Below, piece after piece: positions 57,695 through 64,000 of a stretch of DNA of 64,000 nucleotides (position 1 is its first letter; every line of letters starts with the position of its first letter). Source of the stretch: an uncultured Caldilineaceae bacterium (GTDB lineage: Bacteria; Chloroflexota; Anaerolineae; Caldilineales; Caldilineaceae); NCBI GenBank assembly GCA_951813625.1, contig CATOTS010000001.1, forward strand, positions 231,928-295,927, written 5' to 3'. The notes under the pieces are model-generated. The model saw only the letters and a program-made list of their open reading frames with translations, was not told the DNA's origin and searched no databases. A program made the translations under genes and the position numbers.

Positions 57695-58855
57695 CTACGG
57701 TTGCTGCGACGGGAGGCCGTCCACCATTGCGATGCGGGGCAAGCGGGCCATGAGGCGGCTGGTCACCTCGTAGTTGATCGTGTCCAACCGCGTCGCGACC
57801 GTTTCCGCCGAAATCGCCTGGCCCTGCTGCAGGCCGAGCAGGACGGCTTCGTCATCCTGTTCGACAGAGACGCCGGATTCCGCGATTCTGGTCACGTCGA
57901 CGACCGTCTGATCCATGCAGACGCGGCCCACGATAGGCGCTTCCCGCCCCCCGATCAGGACGTTCTGCCAGGTGCGCGGGCTACGCGGAAAGCCGTCGGC
58001 GTATCCGACCGGCACGACGGCCACGGTGCAATCATGGGGTGCGCGCCAGGTGTTGCCGTAGGAGACCGGTTCACCGGCACAGAGGCGGCGCACCTGGGCG
58101 ACGCGGGCCTTCCAACTGAGGACCGGTCTCATTTGCGCTGGCGCGGGGCACTCCTGGCCGGGGGAGAGTCCGTAGAGCAGAATGCCGCAACGTACCGCAT
58201 CGAGATGCGCCTCAGGCAGTGCAAGGGTTGCCGCCGAGTTGGCGGCGTGAGCGATAGGCGGACGACAGCCAGCGCCCGCCAAACGGGCCAACAGCGTGGT
58301 AAAACGGCGCAGTTGCTCGCGCGCGTAGCTCTGGTCGGCTTGACCTGCAGTGCTGAAATGGGTGTAGATGCCCTCGACTTGAAGATGGTCGTTGCCGTCG
58401 ATCCGCGCGCAAAGCGCAAAGGCGTCGTCGTGGTCGACGCCCAAGCGGTGCATGCCGGTGTCGACCTTGAGATGAACGGCTATCTTCCTACCTTGGCGAG
58501 CGGCGGCATCGGCGAAGGCGAGGGCGGTGCGCTGGTCGTAGACCGTGGCGGTGATCGAGTGTTCGAGCAGGGTCTCTGCGTCGTCCGGCGGCGTGTAGCC
58601 GAGGACGAGAATGGGAGCGGCGAGACCGGCCTGCCGCAGCGCAACGGCTTCGTTAACGGCAGCAACGGCGAGGCGATCTGCCCCGGCGCGCAGGGCGGCG
58701 GGCGCGATGATATCTGCCCCGTGGCCGTATGCGTTGGCTTTGACAACGGCATACAGAAGCCGGTCCGGCCCGATACGCCGGCGGAGTATGCGCACGTTGT
58801 TCGTCAGTGCCGAGAGGTCGATTTCCAGCCAGGTGGGGCGCAGACAGCTATTCAT
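57695..58855 (-). CDS. alr: alanine racemase
   Basis: PLP-lysine motif AVVKANAYGHG, plus VSYG and GRVCMD motifs. Confidence 0.9.
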   Translation of the reverse strand: MNSCLRPTWLEIDLSALTNNVRILRRRIGPDRLLYAVVKANAYGHGADIIAPAALRAGADRLAVAAVNEAVALRQAGLAAPILVLGYTPPDDAETLLEHSITATVYDQRTALAFADAAARQGRKIAVHLKVDTGMHRLGVDHDDAFALCARIDGNDHLQVEGIYTHFSTAGQADQSYAREQLRRFTTLLARLAGAGCRPPIAHAANSAATLALPEAHLDAVRCGILLYGLSPGQECPAPAQMRPVLSWKARVAQVRRLCAGEPVSYGNTWRAPHDCTVAVVPVGYADGFPRSPRTWQNVLIGGREAPIVGRVCMDQTVVDVTRIAESGVSVEQDDEAVLLGLQQGQAISAETVATRLDTINYEVTSRLMARLPRIAMVDGLPSQQP

Positions 58856-58885
58856 AACTAACAGTTAAGAACGAGGCGGCAGACG

Positions 58886-59785
58886 TTACCAGCCGTTTTC
58901 GCTACGCAGCAGGTCCCACTGATCCAGATCGAGGCCGGCCTCTCCCAGTTTATTGCCTTTGCGTTCGCCGTGATAGTCGCTGCCGCCGGTGGTGAAGAGG
59001 CCTAAGCGGTCCGCCAGCTCGCCGAAGTGGGCGAGGGGCATGTCGGTCGCGTACCTGCCCTCGACGGCGTAGGGGTAGTTGAGCTCCAGACCGTCGAGAC
59101 CGATGTCGACCAGACGGCTGAGCGAATCTTCGAGACTGCGGATGCGCCTGTAGATGCCGGGGTGCGCCAGAACGGCCTTGCCGCCGGCCGCGTGCGTCAA
59201 CTCGATGGCGTCCTCGACCTGGATGATGAACGAACGGCGCACATGCGTGGAATGTTCGGCGTCAGAGGCGAGGTACTGTTCAAAGACGTCGCTGATCGAA
59301 GTGAACTTTTGCGGGTTGTACTTGAGGGCGATTTGGGCGATATGGGGACGGCCGGGGACACCGCCCGCCAGTCCCAGGACCTCCTCCACCGGGACATGCA
59401 GCCCGTACTCCTGCATACGTTCGGCCTGGCGGACTTTCTGCTCGACGCGACTCTCCATTACGCGATCGAGAATGTCGAGCAGGACCGAGTCGGTCGGATC
59501 GATGCCGTAGCCCAGGATGTCGAAATCCAGGAAGTCCCTGGCGCGGTCGCTGGCCGTGCTGAATTCGATTGCCGGAATCACACTGACGCCGGCTTCGGCG
59601 CCGTGGGCCTGGGCTTCAGATACGCCCAGGACGCTGTCGTGATCGGTCAGGGCCAGGACGCGGATACCGATGGCGGCGGCCTTTGCAACCAATTCCCGGG
59701 GTGTATCTGTTCCATCAGAGCAGTTGCTGTGGACTTGCAGGTCGACGGGATAGGGTCGGGTCGATGAGCTGCCTTGTGCGTTCAT
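58886..59785 (-). CDS. PHP-domain phosphoesterase (TrpH/YciV-like)
   Basis: VDLQVHSNCSDGTDTPRELV, LALTDHDS, IPAIEFS, LAHPG, GGSDYHG metal-ligand series. The ORF opens at 59986, but the conserved protein starts near MNAQGSS (59785). Confidence 0.75.
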   Translation of the reverse strand: MNAQGSSSTRPYPVDLQVHSNCSDGTDTPRELVAKAAAIGIRVLALTDHDSVLGVSEAQAHGAEAGVSVIPAIEFSTASDRARDFLDFDILGYGIDPTDSVLLDILDRVMESRVEQKVRQAERMQEYGLHVPVEEVLGLAGGVPGRPHIAQIALKYNPQKFTSISDVFEQYLASDAEHSTHVRRSFIIQVEDAIELTHAAGGKAVLAHPGIYRRIRSLEDSLSRLVDIGLDGLELNYPYAVEGRYATDMPLAHFGELADRLGLFTTGGSDYHGERKGNKLGEAGLDLDQWDLLRSENGW

Positions 59786-59911
59786 AAGCCAGTTTGGCGA
59801 GTACCACGCGTGCTTGAACGAGAATGTGAGGGCCCGGCGCTGCAAAGAAAAGCGCCCGGGCGACGCCGGACGCAATTCTTGTAACCCCGCAATGCCGTGT
59901 GATCCAGTGGG

Positions 59912-59929
59912 TACGAACCGAGGTTCGTA
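59912..59929. promoter_or_regulatory. perfect 18-bp palindrome TACGAACCGAGGTTCGTA containing a CGAAC-N4-GTTCG (Cheo/LexA-box-like) core
   Basis: Seen directly. Located about 130-145 nt upstream of the PHP gene start, in the 356-bp gap after aspS. Confidence 0.3.
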
Positions 59930-60141
59930 GGTGGGCGCCGGCTGAACGCTTCCGTCTTGCCCTGTCCCTTTCGGGTAGGCTATCACATCTACGCTCGTTG
60001 GCCCTGCGCCCTAGATTCTGGTGTTGGTTCGCCCTCAAGCTGTTCAATCACGGGCACTGCAGGATTATAGACAAACGATAGCACAAACGGCAACAGGTTC
60101 AAAACTGAAAAAATCGACTGCGGGTCGGCACACTGCGATAC

Positions 60142-61998
60142 TCAATCGCCTTTTGGCTCTCTCACGGCGATGTGCAATTCGGCCAATTGCCGGTCGTCGA
60201 CCCTGCTGGGCGCCTCCATCAACAGATCGACACCGGTCGCAGTCTTGGGGAATGCCATGACCTCGCGAATACTGGGCGCGTCGGCGTAAAGGGCGACCAC
60301 GCGCTCTATGCCCATCGCTATCCCGCCGTGGGGCGGTGCGCCATACTGAAAGGCTTCGAGCATATGACCGAACTTTTCATCCACTTCGGACTCGTTTAGG
60401 CCGAGACGCTGGAACATGCGCATCTGCTGCTCGCTGCGGTGGATGCGAATGCTGCCGCCACCGATTTCCCATCCGTTGAGGACGACATCATAGGCTTTGG
60501 CCCTGACCTCGCCGGGACTCGCCTCGAGGATGCTCCAGTCCTCGTCGCGCGCGCTGGTGAAAGGGTGGTGGGTCGCCTCCCAGCGCTGCTCCTCGCTGTC
60601 GTATTCGAGCAAGGGGAAGTCGACGACCCAACAGAAGGCAAGGAGGTTGGTGTCGATCAGGTTGGCGCGCGCGCCAATCTCCAGGCGCAGGTTCGCCAGG
60701 GCGGGGTTGGTTACGCCGGCGTCGTCGGCCACCATCAGGATGAGGTCGCCCTCTTCGGCTGCTGCCGCACACACGATGCCGTCGATCTCTTCCGCGCTGA
60801 AGAACTTGACGATGGGGCTGCGCAGACTCTCCGGGGGAAAACGCCCGTCCGCGTCGGATTTTCCGGTGATGCCGATCCATGCCAACCCCTTGGCGCCGTA
60901 GGGCCTGACGTATTCGATCAGGTCGTCGGTTTCCTTGCGGCTCAGAGCCGCACCGCCAGGGTAACGAAGTCCTTTTATTCTGCCGCCGGCGGCTGCGGCG
61001 TTCTTGAAGACGCCGAACTTACTGTTGCGCACCAGCTCAGTAACGTCGAAAAGCTCCAGGCCGAAGCGGAGATCGGGACGATCTATGCCGTAACGGTCCA
61101 TGGCGTCCTGGTAGCTCAACACGGGGAATGGGACCTGCTGGATCGGTTTGTCGCTGACCAGAGCGGACAGCTCGATCAGCATCTCCTCGATCAGAGCCAT
61201 GATGTCGGGGGCTTCGACGAAGCTCATTTCCAGGTCCAGCTGCGTAAACTCAGGCTGTCTGTCGGCGCGCAGGTCTTCGTCGCGGAAGCAGCGGGCAATT
61301 TGGAAGTAGCGTTCGATTCCGGCGATCATCAGCAGTTGCTTCATCTGCTGAGGAGACTGGGGCAGTGCATAGAATCGGCCCGGATGAATGCGGCTGGGCA
61401 CGACGAAGTCGCGCGCCCCTTCCGGCGTACTTTTGAGCAGGATCGGTGTCTCGACTTCGAGAAAGGCCCGATCGTACAAAAAGCTGCGAATGAAGCGAAC
61501 AATTTCGTGGCGCAGGCGCAGATTGTCGGCCAACTTAGGGCGCCGCAAATCGAGATAACGATATTTGAGACGAACGGCCTCGTCGACGTCGTCAGCCTGG
61601 TTGCCGCTGATGACAAACGGAGGCGTGCGCGCTTCGTTCAGAATACTGAGACCGGTGGCGATGACTTCGACTTCGCCGGTTTCCAGTTCAGGGTTTTCGA
61701 ATCCCTCGGGGCGCATTTGGACTGCACCGTTCACCTGTACGACGAATTCGCTGCGGACCTGAGAGGCGGTCTCGAGTGCCTGCGCGCGGTCCTGTCCATT
61801 TTTGGACGCGGCTGCCCCGTTCGACGCCTCGAGCGCAGCGTCATCGGAGACTGTCACTTGTGTGATGCCAAAACGATCGCGCAAGTCGAGAAAGATCAGG
61901 CCGCCGTGATCGCGGCGACGATTGACCCAACCGGCAAGGGTGACCGTTTTGCCGGCATCGGCGGCGCGCAACTCGCCGCATGTGTGGGTCTTAAGCAT
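60142..61998 (-). CDS. aspS: aspartate--tRNA ligase
   Basis: [11 protein letters not shown]...[22 protein letters not shown] (OB-fold domain), class II motifs ([35 protein letters not shown]), bacterial GAD insertion. The ORF opens at 62229. Confidence 0.95.
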   Translation of the reverse strand: MLKTHTCGELRAADAGKTVTLAGWVNRRRDHGGLIFLDLRDRFGITQVTVSDDAALEASNGAAASKNGQDRAQALETASQVRSEFVVQVNGAVQMRPEGFENPELETGEVEVIATGLSILNEARTPPFVISGNQADDVDEAVRLKYRYLDLRRPKLADNLRLRHEIVRFIRSFLYDRAFLEVETPILLKSTPEGARDFVVPSRIHPGRFYALPQSPQQMKQLLMIAGIERYFQIARCFRDEDLRADRQPEFTQLDLEMSFVEAPDIMALIEEMLIELSALVSDKPIQQVPFPVLSYQDAMDRYGIDRPDLRFGLELFDVTELVRNSKFGVFKNAAAAGGRIKGLRYPGGAALSRKETDDLIEYVRPYGAKGLAWIGITGKSDADGRFPPESLRSPIVKFFSAEEIDGIVCAAAAEEGDLILMVADDAGVTNPALANLRLEIGARANLIDTNLLAFCWVVDFPLLEYDSEEQRWEATHHPFTSARDEDWSILEASPGEVRAKAYDVVLNGWEIGGGSIRIHRSEQQMRMFQRLGLNESEVDEKFGHMLEAFQYGAPPHGGIAMGIERVVALYADAPSIREVMAFPKTATGVDLLMEAPSRVDDRQLAELHIAVREPKGD

Positions 61999-62271
61999 AG
62001 CGGTGCTCCATAACGCTGGAACGGTTAGATGGCCCGGCAAAAGAGCGAAGGAATGCGCAGGATTCGCTGCCCTTACGTGGGCGCCAAGAAGCCCAATTAT
62101 AGATGGGGCGGGTAGTGGATGCAATTTTCTGGTGGCGGGATTCACGCGCACAGATATATAGCAGGGTGGACTTGACGCCGCGTTGGTTGGCCTGTATCGT
62201 ATTGAAGCTGCGTCTTCGGCAGCCGCCATGCCGGCGACAGTTCGCCCCTCATGAGATTAAGGAGCATTGAC

Positions 62272-62952
62272 ATGCCAGTAAGGATCGCTCAGGTAGAAGA
62301 GTGCTTCAAGAGCGCCGGGCCACAACCCAACGGCCTGCAGGCCAGCGCCGACGGTCTGTGGTGCATTGACCAGAGAAACAATCGACTCTATCGACAGGAC
62401 TACACGACAGGCGAGGTGCTGTTCGACGTACAGACGGACACAGTCCATTCGAGCGGGGTCACTGTGGGCGGCGGTTTTATATGGATTGCATCGACCTATG
62501 AAAAGAAAATCGCGCAGCTGGAATTAGACACCGGCAAGACGGTCGCGAAGCACAGTTCGCCAGGTTCCGGAGTGGTTGGGTGGCGGGAAGGGGCGGCGGA
62601 TGCGCAGGAGACGGGCGCGCATGGGCTGGAATGGCGGGACGGCCGCCTCTATGTGGCTTCGCCGCCGTCGCAGATGGTTCACGTGATCGACCCGGACGGG
62701 TGGCGAGAGACGAACTGTTTCCGGGTGCCGGGGTTGCGCGTTCACGGCATTGCCTGGGCGGAAGACGGCAAACTGTGGGCCGCTGACACATCGGCAGGAA
62801 CGGTCAGTTTGTTGGACCCACACAATGGGCGGATTCACGATGTTTTCCGCGTCGAAGCTCCCGACGAGGTCCACGGCATGACCATTTACGCTGGAGTGCT
62901 GTGGTTTTGCAATGCGTCCAACTGCAAGATTGGCAGGTTGCTGGTCGACTGA
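62272..62952 (+). CDS. beta-propeller repeat protein (glutaminyl-cyclase / Vgb-lyase-like fold), function unknown
   Basis: Repeated about 40-aa blades (GLWCIDQRNNRLY, GFIWIASTYEKKI, GRLYVASPPSQMV, GKLWAADTSAGTV, GVLWFCNASNCKI). Confidence 0.45.
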   Translation: MPVRIAQVEECFKSAGPQPNGLQASADGLWCIDQRNNRLYRQDYTTGEVLFDVQTDTVHSSGVTVGGGFIWIASTYEKKIAQLELDTGKTVAKHSSPGSGVVGWREGAADAQETGAHGLEWRDGRLYVASPPSQMVHVIDPDGWRETNCFRVPGLRVHGIAWAEDGKLWAADTSAGTVSLLDPHNGRIHDVFRVEAPDEVHGMTIYAGVLWFCNASNCKIGRLLVD

Positions 62953-63083
62953 ACGCCGGGGGCGGCTGCGACCCAGCCAACGTTTACGACCCATTAACCC
63001 GGCGTTAAAGGAAGAATGGTACTGTCGGTAAGACGGAGTGTTGCGGGATGGGGCGTGCATCGATTCTCGTTGACGAATCAGGT

Positions 63084-64000
63084 ATGGTGCACTATAATGT
63101 CGGCGGAAAGTTTTGCGTCGACGCTGTGCCTTTGAAGAGTTGGGGAAACAGCCTCCAGGTGGACAGCACAGTCTCTCAAACCACGGCGATACGCAGTGAT
63201 CTCCGGCAGCAAATAAGGGCGACGCCCGGCTGGTTCCGTAGTCGGCAGGGCAGGCGATTACGCGAGATGGTGCTCGCCTATTCCTTTCTGGCGCCGGCTT
63301 TCGCTATCATCGGGCTGTTCGGCCTCTTTCCGCTTGCCTTTGCCGCGTACGAAAGTACGCTGCGCGGCCTGAACAAGATCGTCGGCTCCTACGACGGTCT
63401 GGGCAACTACGTCAAAGCAGTAGACAACTTCATCTATATTCTCGCCTTCTGGATGGCAGCTGGGCTGGTCTACTACGCGGGAGCCACGGTCACGCGCGCA
63501 CTCCTGGAGCGGCGCGAGGAGCAGACGAATCCGCTGCCGTGGCTGCTGCCCGGAGCACTGACGGCGGTGGGCGTCGCGCTCTTTACTCGCTTTGTCTACA
63601 TTCTGCTGCCTGAAATGCTGCTGATTCCCTCGAAGCTGCGCGGGCAGAGCAATACGCAGGCGGCCTTTCGCGGCCTGGTGATGGAGACGTGGTGGCTGCC
63701 AAAGGTGCAGATCGCACTGTGGCTGGCCATCGTCGTGCTGGCGGTGGGCGCAGGCTGGGCTTTGTTCGTCAACCGCGGTGTACCGCCTGATCGGCGGGAG
63801 CGAATCTATTTCGTACCGTTCTTCAGCGCCGGAATCAGCCTAATCGGGGGTGCGGCCCTGACGTGGCTGACGTGGACGGAGATCAACGGCGCCTACGCAG
63901 AGGCGCTTGAACAGGGCGAGGGGCTGGCGCTATGGTCGCAGATCGTGACGATCAGCGCAGGGTTTTTGTTGCTGTTGCTGGCGTGGCGGCTATGGAATAG
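63084..64000 (+). CDS. ABC transporter permease (carbohydrate type, MalF/UgpA-like), 3'-truncated by window end
   Basis: The frame is open from ATG 63084 (alternative ATG 63267) to the window edge. R-rich N-terminus then AYSFLAPAFAIIGLFGLFPLAFAAY, typical of sugar ABC permease TM1, followed by a long multi-TM insertion. The EAA loop is not yet reached. Confidence 0.55.
   Translation, partial: MVHYNVGGKFCVDAVPLKSWGNSLQVDSTVSQTTAIRSDLRQQIRATPGWFRSRQGRRLREMVLAYSFLAPAFAIIGLFGLFPLAFAAYESTLRGLNKIVGSYDGLGNYVKAVDNFIYILAFWMAAGLVYYAGATVTRALLERREEQTNPLPWLLPGALTAVGVALFTRFVYILLPEMLLIPSKLRGQSNTQAAFRGLVMETWWLPKVQIALWLAIVVLAVGAGWALFVNRGVPPDRRERIYFVPFFSAGISLIGGAALTWLTWTEINGAYAEALEQGEGLALWSQIVTISAGFLLLLLAWRLWN

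Overview
High-GC (roughly 60%+ by eye) bacterial chromosome segment. Gene content suggests a Chloroflexota-like aerobic heterotroph, but that is inference only. All family calls come from motif recognition in the translated ORFs; no searches were run. Most of the window is housekeeping or metabolic core. It holds an aa3-type cytochrome c oxidase operon (ctaC-ctaD-subIV-ctaE-ctaG-unknown-SURF1), rsmA, lepA, nadC/nadA, cobA/sirC, a fused folK-folP, glnS, aspS, rpsT, nth and alr. It also holds a uronate-catabolism cluster (SDR, uxaC, ManD-like dehydratase) and two Gfo/Idh/MocA plus sugar-isomerase pairs. Three things stand out. (1) A single-ORF IS66-family element with perfect inverted repeats and an 8-bp target duplication has split the first of three tandem beta-lactamase-fold serine hydrolase paralogs. 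In-silico excision restores the reading frame. (2) Two non-autonomous MITE-like elements carry the same IS66-type termini; one has a perfect 8-bp duplication. (3) An AT-richer accessory island (about 25.9-32.9 kb) holds nested defective IS3 copies and a graveyard of orphan Rhs toxin/immunity cassettes. It includes an Rhs C-terminal tip with an uncharacterised 240-aa toxin domain (HRHH motif) followed by a SUKH/SMI1-like immunity gene. It also includes two paralogous lipoproteins of unknown family that sit in immunity positions, and rhs fragments bracketed by IS3 ends. A XerC/D-like protein with most catalytic residues substituted is a further oddity. No rRNA, tRNA or CRISPR array was recognised.
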